64,000 bases of DNA from Alphaproteobacteria bacterium (GTDB lineage Bacteria > Pseudomonadota > Alphaproteobacteria > GCA-2731375), in NCBI GenBank assembly GCA_965225945.1, contig CBDDBZ010000033.1:96001-160000 (forward strand), in the 5' to 3' direction. Positions 50,489-60,672 of this stretch are shown piece by piece; within the stretch, counting starts at the first letter, position 1; each line of letters begins with the position of its first letter. A program made the translations under genes and the position numbers. The notes beneath the pieces were generated by a model that was not told the origin of the DNA, searched no databases, and worked only from the letters and a program-made list of their open reading frames with translations.

Positions 50489-50510
50489 CGGCAGCCCTCA
50501 TTCCGCTACT

Positions 50511-50957
50511 TCAGCGCACGGCACGCAAGGCGCGACGCAGTTCGCGCTCCGATTCCGACGGTGTGCGGGCGATGGGCTCGTCGGTCACGCCCGCCGACAA
50601 CGGCCGGGCGGCGGCGGCGCCCGGCTCCGGGCGAGCGACGGTGGCGAGCCGTGTCGCCACGGAATCCGCCGACTCGATCATGCGACGAAGTTCGTCCACC
50701 AGCTCTCGTCCCCGGGCCAAGCGCCCTTCCAACTCCACGCCCAGCACGTCGCCGGCTCGGGCCAGCTCGCCTAGGCTGGCTTGCGCGTGTCCGGCCGAGC
50801 GCTCCAACTCCCTCGCCGATTCCGCCATTTCGCCGCGCGTGGCGCGAAGCGCGCCCAAGCGTTGATTGAGCACCAGGCAATAGCCGATCGTCACCATCAA
50901 CAAGACGACCAGGACCAGGTCGATCCAGAGCTGGGCGTTGCCCGAAAGCACGCTCAT
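50511..50957 (-). CDS. Flagellar-associated membrane/coiled-coil protein (DUF6468-like)
   Basis: N-terminal transmembrane segment (TIGYCLVLNQRL), C-terminal SESERELRRAL. ATGA overlap with fliM. Confidence 0.7.
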   Translation of the reverse strand: MSVLSGNAQLWIDLVLVVLLMVTIGYCLVLNQRLGALRATRGEMAESARELERSAGHAQASLGELARAGDVLGVELEGRLARGRELVDELRRMIESADSVATRLATVARPEPGAAAARPLSAGVTDEPIARTPSESERELRRALRAVR

Positions 50958-52090
50958 CTGAGGCGTTCCTCGACCCTGACGGCGATGTTCTGGCCCCTGC
51001 GACCCATCCGCCCTATCAGCAGGGAAATGCCGCCGCAGCGCAGTTCCACCGGCGAATCCGGCTTGTTGTTGAGCATCAGCGTGCGGCCGACCTCCAGGTT
51101 CATCACCTGGCGGAGCGACATCGTCTGATCCTCCAATACCGCCTCCAGGTCGATCGAGGTCTGCCACAGCTCCGTGGCGAGATGGCTTTCCCAGATGGAA
51201 TCCCGGCCGAACTTCTCACCCATGAACATCTGCAGAAGGAGCTTGCGAATGGGCTCCAGGGTCGCGTAGGGCAGCAGCAGCTCCAGGCGGCCGCCGCGAT
51301 CCTCCATGTCGATGCGGAGCTTGACCAGGACGGCGGCGTTGGCGTGCTGCGCGATCGAGGCGAAACGGGGGTTGGTCTCCAACCGGTCGAAGACGAAGTT
51401 GATCGGGCTCAGCGGCTCGAAGGCGGCGGAGAGGTCCTCCAGCACGACCTCGACCATCCTCGCGACCAGGTTGATCTCGATCGTGGTGTAAGGCCGACCC
51501 TCGATGCGCATGGCGGCGGTGCCGCGCCGCCCGCCGAGCAAGACGTCGACGATCGAATAGATCAGCGAGCTGTCGACCGTCAGCAGGCCGTAGTTGTCCC
51601 ATTGCTCGGCCCGGAAGACCGAAAGCATCGCCGGAAGCGGGATCGAGTTCAGATAGTCGCCGAAGCGGATCGAGGTGATGTTGTCGAGCGAGACCTCGAC
51701 GTTGTCCGAGGTGAAGTTGCGAAGCGAGGTCGACATCATGCGGATCAGGCGGTCGAACACCACCTCCAGCATCGGCAGCCGCTCATAGGAAACCAGCACG
51801 CTGTTGATGATCGCCTGAATGCCGGTGCGATTGGCGTCGTCGTCGTCGTCGCCATCGAAGCCCAGCAGGCTGTCGATCTCGGCCTGGTCCAGCACCCGGC
51901 TGTTGCCGGCACCGTCGCCCTCGTCCTCGTCCTCGTCCTCGTCGACCATCGCCGCCCAATCGGCGGCCACGTCGTCATCGCCGCCGGCGCCGCTCTCGCC
52001 CTCGCCCTCGGCGGATTCGGCGGCCATCATGGCCTCCCACTCCGCCGCGGTCTGGGCGTCGTCGGGCGCTGTATCGTCGTCCGCCATCAC
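50954..52090 (-). CDS. fliM: Flagellar motor switch protein FliM
   Basis: VLDQAEIDSLL, YERLPMLEVVFDRL and GEKFGRDSIWE motifs. Confidence 0.96.
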   Translation of the reverse strand: MMADDDTAPDDAQTAAEWEAMMAAESAEGEGESGAGGDDDVAADWAAMVDEDEDEDEGDGAGNSRVLDQAEIDSLLGFDGDDDDDANRTGIQAIINSVLVSYERLPMLEVVFDRLIRMMSTSLRNFTSDNVEVSLDNITSIRFGDYLNSIPLPAMLSVFRAEQWDNYGLLTVDSSLIYSIVDVLLGGRRGTAAMRIEGRPYTTIEINLVARMVEVVLEDLSAAFEPLSPINFVFDRLETNPRFASIAQHANAAVLVKLRIDMEDRGGRLELLLPYATLEPIRKLLLQMFMGEKFGRDSIWESHLATELWQTSIDLEAVLEDQTMSLRQVMNLEVGRTLMLNNKPDSPVELRCGGISLLIGRMGRRGQNIAVRVEERLR

Positions 52091-52102
52091 CGCCCCCCGG
52101 AC

Positions 52103-53052
52103 TTACTGAACCAAAAATTCCTTGAACAGGATGTCATTCACCTTCGGCGCCCCGGTCGAGGCGTGAATGCGGGCGAGCAATTCCTCCTTGAGCAGCATCG
52201 GCCCGGCCGAGCCGCTCAAATCCTCGATCCGAAGCTCGCGCAGATAGATCTGGAAGGTGTCGATGATGCGCGGCAGCACGGCCTCGACCTTGCGCAGATC
52301 GTCGTCGTCTTCGAGCTCCAACGCGATGGCGATCTTGAGGTAGCTGTTCTGTCGCCCGCCACTGTTGAGGTTCACCAGAATGTGGGGCAGGTTGTAGAAT
52401 ACCAGCCCCCTCGCCGTCGCCGGCCCCGCGCCACCCTCGTCGGCCACCGTGGCCGGCGCCTCGCCATCGGCCGGCGGCGCAAGAAGAAAGAAGCTTGCCT
52501 ATCCGGTTATCACCCACACCCACTATATGTAGTGTGCACCCATTTTCCTGAGTAAAGCTCGGTGCAGGTCGAAGCGGAGATATCTCCGGCGATGCCGAGC
52601 AGGGACTCGGACGGCATTGTAGCGCCTTTTAGGCGACACTTTAGCGTGGTGGAAATCCTAATCATTGAGTCGGATTTGGCAAAACGCCACGTTGCATAAA
52701 GGACCGTCACTTCATTGAAATTTATCTGAAATCGGAGGTGAACGACACCGATGGAATATTCCAGGAAATCAGAGCTTCATTGAATTGTAGGATTCGAGTG
52801 CCGGATTATTCACAAATAGCTCTGTGAACTGGTTTTCAAGTTCGCTCAATACGTCATATGAAGTAAACGGATTGAGGATCACGTTCTTGCGTGTCGCTTC
52901 GTCTTCGCTGCGACTCAAAACGCGCAGGAGACTAACAGGCGCGGACGGGTTCTTCGCAACGATTCGTGCCAGCGCGTCGCTTTCTTCGACTAGTGCCGTC
53001 AATCGCTCATCTCAGCAGCTTCCCGTCTGGCGTTTACGTCGACATCACTCAT
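52103..53052 (-). pseudogene. fliL: fliL disrupted by IS1595-derived cassette with deletion of most of the transmembrane segment
   Basis: C-terminus (ILVNL...YLK...PRIIDTFQIYLREL...LFKEFLVQ) at 52103-52493. Probable start MSDVDVN at 53052-53032. Foreign DNA lies between them. Confidence 0.8.
52494..53031 (-). mobile_element. Non-autonomous IS1595-derived cassette, copy 1 (left end deleted)
   Basis: 43-bp end identical to 63590-63632, transposase C-terminal remnant (SLLGIAGD...ELYSGKW) at 52510-52608, and LRV-like ORF part at 52769-53031 matching the reverse complement of 63795-64000. Confidence 0.85.
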
Positions 53053-53125
53053 CTGCTTGTCCGATCGAATCGTCGTTCGCCCGAGACCTTAGGTGACCTT
53101 GGTTAAGAACTTGTTGCCGAGGCGG

Positions 53126-53246
53126 CGGCAAAGCGCCGGGCGGCAACAACGACCGGGCAAGGACGATCCCCCCGGGCCTCGGGCGGCGGCCGACGGCACC
53201 GCTCGGCGCCATATTCCGCCTCTTGGCGCTTGGCACGTTCGATGCA
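53126..53246 (+). promoter_or_regulatory. Sigma54 promoter of flgF with upstream ftr-like (FlbD) site
   Basis: TGGCACGTTCGATGC (GG-N10-GC) at 53231-53245 and CGGCAAAGCGCCG at 53126-53138, about 100 bp upstream. Confidence 0.65.
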
Positions 53247-53293
53247 CCGCCCCTTCCGCCCCCTCCCCGCAGCATGCGGAAGGATGCCGGTCC

Positions 53294-54019
53294 ATGATGG
53301 AAAATGTCGGATACATCAGCCTCTCGCGCCAGATGGCGCTACGCCAAGAGATGGACGTCATCGCCAACAACATCGCCAACACCGGGACCACGGCCTTCAA
53401 GTCGCAGACGATCCTGTTCGCGGAATATCTGGTCGAGCAAAAGGGCAACGCCCCCGACATCTCCTTCGTGCAGGACCTCTCGGTCTTTCGCAACACCGCC
53501 TCGGGCCCACTGGTGAGGACCGGCGGCAAGCTCGACTTCGCCGTCGAAGGCGACGGCTATTTCGTCGTCGAGACGCCGGAAGGCCGCCGCTACACCCGGA
53601 ACGGGCGCTTCTTCCCGAACGGCGATGGCGAGCTCGCCACCCGCGAGGGCCACGCCGTGCTGGACGTCTCGTTCAATCGGATCGTCTTCGATTCGGCCGC
53701 GCCCGGCCTCGAAATCACCGCCGAGGGCGCAATCTCCAACAGCGAGGGCCCGATCGCCACCCTAGCCCTGGTCCGCTTCGCCAACGAGCAGAGACTCGCC
53801 GCCGAGGGCAACGGTCTCTATCGAGGCGACCAGCCGGTCGAAGCGGTCGAGCAGCCGCGCATCCTCCTGGGCGCGCTCGAAGGCTCGAACGTCGAGCCGA
53901 TCGTCGAGATGACCCGGATGATCAACGTCGCCCGCAGCTATCAGACGGCGCAGCGGATGATCAACGACAGCCACGATCTGCAGCGCCGGATGATCCGCAA
54001 CCTGGGCAGCGTGCAATGA
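53294..54019 (+). CDS. flgF: Flagellar basal-body rod protein FlgF
   Basis: YISLSRQ...ANNIANTGTTAFK, YTRNG and LEGSNV motifs. Confidence 0.92.
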   Translation: MMENVGYISLSRQMALRQEMDVIANNIANTGTTAFKSQTILFAEYLVEQKGNAPDISFVQDLSVFRNTASGPLVRTGGKLDFAVEGDGYFVVETPEGRRYTRNGRFFPNGDGELATREGHAVLDVSFNRIVFDSAAPGLEITAEGAISNSEGPIATLALVRFANEQRLAAEGNGLYRGDQPVEAVEQPRILLGALEGSNVEPIVEMTRMINVARSYQTAQRMINDSHDLQRRMIRNLGSVQ

Positions 54020-54028
54020 CCGACCGCC

Positions 54029-55251
54029 CATGGTACACGACGGCATTTACGTAGGACGTTGAAAAGGTTGTAGGATTCCCGATTCACTCCACGATGAGTC
54101 AAGAGGGAAATCATGCGAGACAACCCGATCAACGCCCTGCGTGAGACGCTACGATGCGGCTTCGCCTTTCGCAAGAGCCGTCTGGAGAGCCTTTGCGTCT
54201 TGGTCTTCGGCGTGTTCGTCGCCCGGACGGTGAACCTCTCTCACTTGGCCTGCCACTTTCCGGGGCGCGCGCGATCCAGCTCCAACTATCGGCGCCTGCA
54301 ACGGTTTTTCGAGCAAGTCGATTTCGATTACGATCGCCTCGCCGAGTTCCTGGTCGCGATGATGGGGCTCCAGGCGGGGCCGTGGCGGCTGACCATGGAC
54401 CGGACCAACTGGCGGCTGGGTCGCCGCGACGTCAACATCTTGATGATCGGCATCGTCAACCGCGCCATCGCCATTCCCGTGTGCTGGCGGGTGCTCGACA
54501 AGGCGGGCAATTCCAATACCAAGGAGCGGATCGCGATCCTCGAACACGTCCTCCGGCTCTTCGGGGTCGACAAGATCGCCAGCCTCCTGGCCGACCGGGA
54601 ATTCATCGGCGACGCCTGGCTGGCATGGTTGCAGGAAAAGGCCATCCCCTTTCACATCCGCATCCGATCCAACATCAAGATCGCCAACACGCGTGGTCGC
54701 ATGGTCAAGGCGAGGGAGCTGTTTCGCGACCTCAAACCCGGGGAAAGCCGCATCCTCTCCAACGCCAGGCGCCTCTCGGAGGCCAGAAAACCCAAGGCCA
54801 GGCCCGTCTTCGTCGCCGCGCTCCATCTCAAGACCGGCGAACTGTTGATCGTCGTGACCAACGACGCGCCCGAGGAGGCCTTGGCCATCTACGCCCAGCA
54901 CTGGCAAATCGAGACCCTCTTCGCCGCCTTGAAAACCCGTGGCTTCAACCTCGAAGACACCCACATGACCGACCCGGAGCGCATCTCCAAGCTCACCGCC
55001 GTCCTTTCCATCACCTTCTGCTGGGCGCACAAAGTCGGCGATTGGCTCCACGAGGCCGAGCCGATCCGCCTCAAAACCCACAAAAGGATGGCAAAATCCA
55101 TCTTCCGATACGGTTTCGAGTGGATAAGGCGACAGCTCGTCAATCCTATCGACAGGCGTCAAGCCATTGAGCTGATTCGTTTCCTCGTCCCCGGAAAACC
55201 ACCAGTCCAGGTGCCCAGGCCAAAGCCAGCATGAACGAGTCGTGTACTGTG
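54029..55251 (+). mobile_element. IS4-family insertion sequence between flgF and flgG
   Basis: Inverted repeats CATGGTACACGAC / GTCGTGTACTGTG and 9-bp target duplication CCGACCGCC (54020-54028 and 55252-55260). Confidence 0.92.
54113..55234 (+). CDS. IS4-family transposase
   Basis: MDRTNW, LADREFIG and YAQHWQIETLFAALK (YREK-like, with R replaced by H). Confidence 0.92.
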   Translation: MRDNPINALRETLRCGFAFRKSRLESLCVLVFGVFVARTVNLSHLACHFPGRARSSSNYRRLQRFFEQVDFDYDRLAEFLVAMMGLQAGPWRLTMDRTNWRLGRRDVNILMIGIVNRAIAIPVCWRVLDKAGNSNTKERIAILEHVLRLFGVDKIASLLADREFIGDAWLAWLQEKAIPFHIRIRSNIKIANTRGRMVKARELFRDLKPGESRILSNARRLSEARKPKARPVFVAALHLKTGELLIVVTNDAPEEALAIYAQHWQIETLFAALKTRGFNLEDTHMTDPERISKLTAVLSITFCWAHKVGDWLHEAEPIRLKTHKRMAKSIFRYGFEWIRRQLVNPIDRRQAIELIRFLVPGKPPVQVPRPKPA

Positions 55252-55280
55252 CCGACCGCCATAAATGGCGACTCCCCGCG

Positions 55281-55352
55281 CCGCCCCGCTCCCCCGGCCC
55301 AACCACCCATGAATGGTACCCTCGGGGTGGTTGGGCCGGGGGAGCGGGGCGG
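55281..55352. repeat. Perfect 28-bp-stem hairpin upstream of flgG
   Basis: 55281-55308 is the exact reverse complement of 55325-55352. Confidence 0.85.
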
Positions 55353-55426
55353 TCAGGACTGCCGTCGGTTGGTATGAGCCCGGCCGGGTGGCGGCCACCA
55401 AACAGCAACCGAGCGGAGCCGAAGAC

Positions 55427-56212
55427 ATGAGAAGCCTCTCCATCGCGGCCACGGGCATGCTCGCGCAGCAGCTCAACGTCGAGGTGATCTCCAACAACAT
55501 CGCCAACATGAACACGACCGGCTTCAAGCGTCAGCGGGCCGAGTTCCAGGATCTGCTGTACCAGAACTTGCGGCGGATCGGGGCGCAATCCTCCGATGCC
55601 GGCAACCTGATCCCGGCCGGCGTGCAGATCGGCGCCGGCGTGATGACGGCGGCGGTCTATCGCCTGAGCGATCAGGGCGCGCTGCAGAACACCGAGAACA
55701 ACTTCGACTTGGCGATCCAGGGCCGGGGCTATTTCCAGATCGAGCTGCCGAGCGGCCAGACCGGCTATACCCGCGCAGGCTCCTTCCAGGTCAGCGCCGA
55801 CGGCCAGATTGTCACCAATAACGGCTTTATCGTGCAGCCGGGGATCACCATTCCGCAGGACGCGATCGACATCACCATCAACGCCAGCGGCGAGGTGCAG
55901 GTCTCGATCGACGGCCAGGTGGCGCCTCAGTTGGTCGGCCAGATCGAGCTCGTCACCTTCTTCAACGACGCCGGCCTGGAGGCCCAGGGCGACAACCTGT
56001 TCCTGGAGACCGCGGCCTCCGGCGCCGCCAACGCCGGCGTTCCCGTCAGCCCCGGCATCGGAACCCTGCTGCAAGGCTTCCTCGAGACGGCCAACGTCAA
56101 CCCCGTCGCCGAGATCACCAACCTCATCAAGGCCCAGCGCGCCTACGAGATGAACTCCAAGGTGATCACCACCTCGGACGAGATGATGCGCACCATGAGC
56201 ACGCTCAGATAG
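55427..56212 (+). CDS. flgG: Flagellar basal-body rod protein FlgG
   Basis: ISNNIANMNTTGFKRQRAEFQDLLYQ and QRAYEMNSK motifs. Confidence 0.97.
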   Translation: MRSLSIAATGMLAQQLNVEVISNNIANMNTTGFKRQRAEFQDLLYQNLRRIGAQSSDAGNLIPAGVQIGAGVMTAAVYRLSDQGALQNTENNFDLAIQGRGYFQIELPSGQTGYTRAGSFQVSADGQIVTNNGFIVQPGITIPQDAIDITINASGEVQVSIDGQVAPQLVGQIELVTFFNDAGLEAQGDNLFLETAASGAANAGVPVSPGIGTLLQGFLETANVNPVAEITNLIKAQRAYEMNSKVITTSDEMMRTMSTLR

Positions 56213-56220
56213 GAGTGTCC

Positions 56221-56946
56221 ATGATGATCCCCCGCCTCGCCCTCGCCTTCGGTCTCGCCCTCGCTCTCATCGCCCCGGCGCCCTCGTCCGCGCTCTCCAG
56301 CGGCGAAGCCGCCATATTCGAGGCCATCGAGAACGCGCTTCGCGACGCCGGCGCCGGCGAGCGGCTTCGGGTCGAGACCAATCGGCGCGACTTGATGCGC
56401 CGGCTGGTCCGGGCCGGGAACGGCAATCTCGCGGTCGAGATCGTCGACTTCGACCCGGCGAGCCGGCGCTTCGCCGCCGTGCTGCGCCTGGGCGCGGGTG
56501 AATCGCTCACGACCACTCGGCTCGCCGGGCGGGCTTACGAGATCGTCGATTTGCCGGTGCCGCGCCGCGCCGTCCCCCGGGGGGCTGAGTTGACCCGGGC
56601 GGACCTCGATTGGCGCCCGTTCCGCCTCGACCGCCTGGGCGCGGACGTCATCGAGGACGAGGCGGCGATCGTCGGCATGACCAGCCGGCGGCGGCTCGGC
56701 GCCGGCCGGCCGCTCCGCGCCGGCGACCTGACGCCGCCCGTGGTCGTGGCCAAGGGCAAAGTGGTGGCGATCGTCCTGGAGGTGCCGGGCATCAGCCTCG
56801 GCACCCTCGGCCGCGCGCTCGCCGATGGTGCCGAGGGTGCCTTCATTCCGGTGATGAACTTGCGCTCCAAGCGCACGATCGAGGCCCGCGTGACCTCGCC
56901 GGCGACGGTCCGGGTGGCGACCCGCGCCGGCCACTTCAAACCTTGA
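56221..56946 (+). CDS. flgA: Flagellar P-ring formation chaperone FlgA
   Basis: Signal peptide, SAF-like region and GRALADG...VMNLRSKR. Located between flgG and flgH. Confidence 0.85.
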   Translation: MMIPRLALAFGLALALIAPAPSSALSSGEAAIFEAIENALRDAGAGERLRVETNRRDLMRRLVRAGNGNLAVEIVDFDPASRRFAAVLRLGAGESLTTTRLAGRAYEIVDLPVPRRAVPRGAELTRADLDWRPFRLDRLGADVIEDEAAIVGMTSRRRLGAGRPLRAGDLTPPVVVAKGKVVAIVLEVPGISLGTLGRALADGAEGAFIPVMNLRSKRTIEARVTSPATVRVATRAGHFKP

Positions 56947-56972
56947 ACCCGAGACCCGAGGAGCAATCTCCG

Positions 56973-57731
56973 ATGCCGAAGAACCCGCAGCCGCGGACCA
57001 TCGCGCCGCTCGCCCTCATGCTCGCTCTCGCGCTCCCCGGCTGCAACGCCCTCGATCGGGTGAGCGAGATCGGCTCGCCTCCCGCCCTCAGCCATATCGA
57101 GAACCCGGTGCAACAGGCGAGCTACCGGCCGGTCTCGCTGCCGATGCCGAGGCCCGAGCCGGTGGTGCGCCGCGCGAACTCGCTTTGGCGCCCGGGCGCC
57201 AGGGCCTTCTTCAAGGATCAGCGCGCGGCCCGGATCGGCGATATCCTGACCGTCGACATCACCATCGACGACGAGGCCCAGATCGACAACGAGACCACGC
57301 GGACGCGGGCCGGCGGCGAGGACGCGGACGTCACCGCGATCCTCGGTTTCGAAGGCGTGCTCGCCAAGGTCCTGCCGGACGACTTCACGCCTGCGAACGT
57401 GGTCAGCCTCGGCAGCACCTCCAGCCACACCGGCGCCGGCTCGGTCAATCGCAGGGAGACCATCAATCTGACGGTCGCGGCGATCGTCTCCCAGGTGCTG
57501 CCGAACGGGAACCTGGTGATCACCGGCAGCCAGGAGGTCCGGGTCAACTACGAGATGCGGATATTGACCATCACCGGTGTCGTCAGGCCGGAGGACATCA
57601 GCGCCGCCAACACCATCAGCCACAACCAGATCGCCGAGGCCCGCATCGCCTATGGCGGGCGCGGCCAGATCACCGACATGCAGCAACCCCGCTACGGCCA
57701 GCAGCTCTTCGACATCATCTTCCCGCTTTGA
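56973..57731 (+). CDS. flgH: Flagellar L-ring protein FlgH
   Basis: Lipobox LPGC, SLWRPGARAFFKDQRA, IGDILTV, LPNGNL and QQPRYGQQ motifs. Confidence 0.96.
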   Translation: MPKNPQPRTIAPLALMLALALPGCNALDRVSEIGSPPALSHIENPVQQASYRPVSLPMPRPEPVVRRANSLWRPGARAFFKDQRAARIGDILTVDITIDDEAQIDNETTRTRAGGEDADVTAILGFEGVLAKVLPDDFTPANVVSLGSTSSHTGAGSVNRRETINLTVAAIVSQVLPNGNLVITGSQEVRVNYEMRILTITGVVRPEDISAANTISHNQIAEARIAYGGRGQITDMQQPRYGQQLFDIIFPL

Positions 57732-57899
57732 GGCGAGTGACGTAACCGGGCCGCCCCGCTTCCCGCTCCGGGCCAACAGGAATGGTGGCCCCGAGGGGGC
57801 GGGGCCATCGAGGCTCATGTTCCAAGGTAGGACAGTGCTCGGCAAGCACAAATAGCCAAACGCAAGCGCGGAAAATTCATGCCCCGATACGAGCGAGAT

Positions 57900-57935
57900 G
57901 GTTAATCATTCGAACCATCGTTCGAATGATTAACC
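57900..57935. promoter_or_regulatory. Perfect 16-bp-arm palindrome in AT-rich spacer
   Basis: GGTTAATCATTCGAAC-CATC-GTTCGAATGATTAACC. Confidence 0.5.
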
Positions 57936-59760
57936 GCTAATGGAAACTGTCTATACCGAAAAATTTCTCCTGGTATTGTTCTCGAAATTTCAAGCGTCCA
58001 TGAACCGGCTTGGTTCGAATCCTGTTGCTTGATTTCTTTCCCGCCAGCATCCAATCTACCTTGGTGGCTATTTAGGCAAACTGAATACATGCGACCGAAA
58101 TTGCTCCTGGTGCTCTTGCTCGCCGGTCTTTTGTTCGCGGACATGCTCGCGCCGGAGCATGCCGCGCGTGCCGCCCCCGGCGACGAGCTTCTGGTCGTCG
58201 ACTGCCTTCTTCCCGGAAAGGTCCGACGTCTCGGCAGGCGTGTCACCTTCGTGACCGCGCGTCGCGCCGTGCGCACCACGGCGTCGGATTGCGAGATCCG
58301 TGGCGGAGAATATACCGCCAACGATCGAGCCAACTACGCCACCGCGCTCAGGGTTTGGCTTCCTCTCGCCAAGGGAGGCGATGCGGCGGCCCAGAACCAT
58401 GTCGGAGAGATCCACGAAAAGGGCTTGGGCGTCGAGCCTCAACACGAGATCGCCGCGGCCTGGTATTTGAAGGCGGCGAAACAGGGCTTCGCCCGTGCCC
58501 AGATCAACCTGGGCTCGCTCTACGAGCGTGGGCTGGGCGTGCCTGAGGACATGGTCAAGGCGGTGGAGTGGTATCGCCGCGCCTCCGGCCTGTCCGAGGT
58601 CGGCCTCGCCTATGTGCCCGCCGACGTCAAGGCGGAGTTGGAGGAGCTGCGTTCGGATCGCGATAGCTTGGCGGCGCAACGGGACGCGCTGGATCGCGAG
58701 CTCGATGCCGTTCGCTCCCAGCTCGAGCGCGCCAAGGAAGAGCTGCGGCGCCAGCATCGGCGAACCAACGCGACCTTGCGCGAGTTGGAGACGACCCGGG
58801 TCGAACTCGAAGCCCGGCGCAAGGTTGCCGAGCGCCAGGGCGACACGGCTAAGGTCGCGCGACTGCAAAAGGCGCTCGAGGCGAAGGCGGGGGAAGCGAA
58901 ACGCAAGAAGCGCGAGCTGGACCGATTGCGCGATCGCGTTTCAACGCTCAACGGCCAAGCGACGCGGCTCGAGGGGGCATTGGTGAAGGCGCGCTCGGAT
59001 CGCGAGCGTGATCGAACCCAACAACAAGATGCCAGTGTTTCCGCGAAGCAGGATCTTTCGGAGACGGCGGCGAGGCTACGCGAGGCCGAGGCGAGACTCG
59101 CGCGGGCGCGACGGGTCGAGGCGGGCGGCCGCGCGGAAGTGGAGCGGATACGAATCGCGCTCGCGACGGAGCAGAGCGCGGCCAAGCAGGATCGCGCCCG
59201 AATCTCGGGGCTCGAGCGCGATCTCTCGGCGAAGGAAGACACGCTGGCCGAACGCGACCAGAGGCTGGCCGAACTCGACGGCGAAATCTCCTCGCTACAC
59301 GACGAGCTCAAAGCGCTGAGGACCGAGGCGACGACAAAGCGGGAAGTGGCGGCGACAAAGCGGAAAGTGGCGGCGGCGGGCACGAGGGGACCGATCATCG
59401 AGATCATCGAACCGCCCCTGGCGCGAACGCGGGCGGCGGACCCCGCCAGCGTGAATATCAAGGCGACGTGGGAGCGCCTGGTCATCGGCAGGGTTCAGGC
59501 ACCGGGCGGCCTCATCGCCTTCATGATCAACGACGAGGAACAAACCACCGGCAAGGACGGCATGTTCCGGGTAAAGGTGCCCGTCGACTATCCGGAAACC
59601 CCGGTCCATATCGTCGCCATCGACGCCGCCGGCCTTCGTTCGTCCCTCTCCTTCGTCATGAAGCCGAATGCCGATCCGAACCCCGAGCCGAAGCGAGAGG
59701 CGCCGAGCAAGAAATTAGCCGGAGTTGTATCGCACCCGGTTCCTTGGACACAAGTTTGTC

Positions 59761-60672
59761 TCATGCGGCGGGCCTGAGTGACATCGCGGTGTGCCACGCC
59801 TGACGAGCTTGAGCGGGGCTCAGGTAGCCGTTCTTCTCCACGATCCACTGGGCATTGTACTGTTCGACGAACCCGCGGACGGCGTTCCGCAGCTCCGCGA
59901 TGTTGCGGTAGATGCGGCCATGGATGATCTGTTCCTTGAGCGTGCGATTGAACCTCTCGGCGACGCCGTTGGTCTGGGGCTGTTCGACGAAGGCGTAGGA
60001 CGGCTGGATGCCCCAGAACTTGATCTGGTTGGTGAAGTGGTCCGACAGATACTGGGAGCCGTGATCCATCCGCAAGGCCAGCCCCCGCGCCGCACCGGCG
60101 GAGGTCGAGGCATACAGCCTCGCAAGCCCCATGGAGATCGGCTGAAGGGCGGCGAAGCGGTCGCCTCGCTTGCACACATGCCAGCCGACGCACTCGGCGT
60201 TCCAATGCTCGATGGCGGTGAATATCCAGCCCCAGCCGTCGTCCACCGTGAACACCCGAACGCCGTCCGTGCCCCACATGAGGTTGGGGGCATGGGTGAT
60301 GATCTCACCGACATGGGGATTTCCGCCACGGCGGCGGCAGCGATGGGGCGAGAGCAGGTTGTTCTCGCGCATCACCCGGAGCACCCGCTTGCGGGAAACA
60401 CGGATGCCACGACAGACCCGAAGCCGAGCCCAGACCTTGCGGTGTCCCTCGCCCTCCCAGGGGGATGCCTCCAGGTCGGCCTCGATGGCCACCAGCAGAG
60501 CCTCGTCCGAGATCGAGGGCTTCGGTCCCCGGCGCTTTGCTGGTGGGCGCTCAGCGGTGGCCTGCTGCCGGGATTTCATGGCGTAGAACGAGGAACGGGC
60601 AAAACCCCAGGCCGCACAGACCCGCTGGAGGCCGTAGGCCAAACCCGTGCCGGGAGAGGTGGCGGCACTCAT
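59761..60672 (-). CDS. Integrase-core (rve) DDE transposase, OrfB-like
   Basis: GHRKVWARL, WGTDG, MDHGSQY and NGVAERFNRTLK motifs. Confidence 0.92.
   Translation of the reverse strand: MSAATSPGTGLAYGLQRVCAAWGFARSSFYAMKSRQQATAERPPAKRRGPKPSISDEALLVAIEADLEASPWEGEGHRKVWARLRVCRGIRVSRKRVLRVMRENNLLSPHRCRRRGGNPHVGEIITHAPNLMWGTDGVRVFTVDDGWGWIFTAIEHWNAECVGWHVCKRGDRFAALQPISMGLARLYASTSAGAARGLALRMDHGSQYLSDHFTNQIKFWGIQPSYAFVEQPQTNGVAERFNRTLKEQIIHGRIYRNIAELRNAVRGFVEQYNAQWIVEKNGYLSPAQARQAWHTAMSLRPAA

Noticed and set aside
51919-51942. CCTCGT repeats in fliM as a VNTR lesion
   Set aside because: They encode the normal acidic low-complexity FliM N-terminus, in frame.
53088-53107. CtrA box upstream of fliL
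   Set aside because: Only a TTAACC half-site on the minus strand. No TTAA-N7-TTAA.
54149-56074. Long antisense ORFs (this 641-aa one and many similar)
   Set aside because: Shadow frames opposite well-supported genes, expected at high GC.
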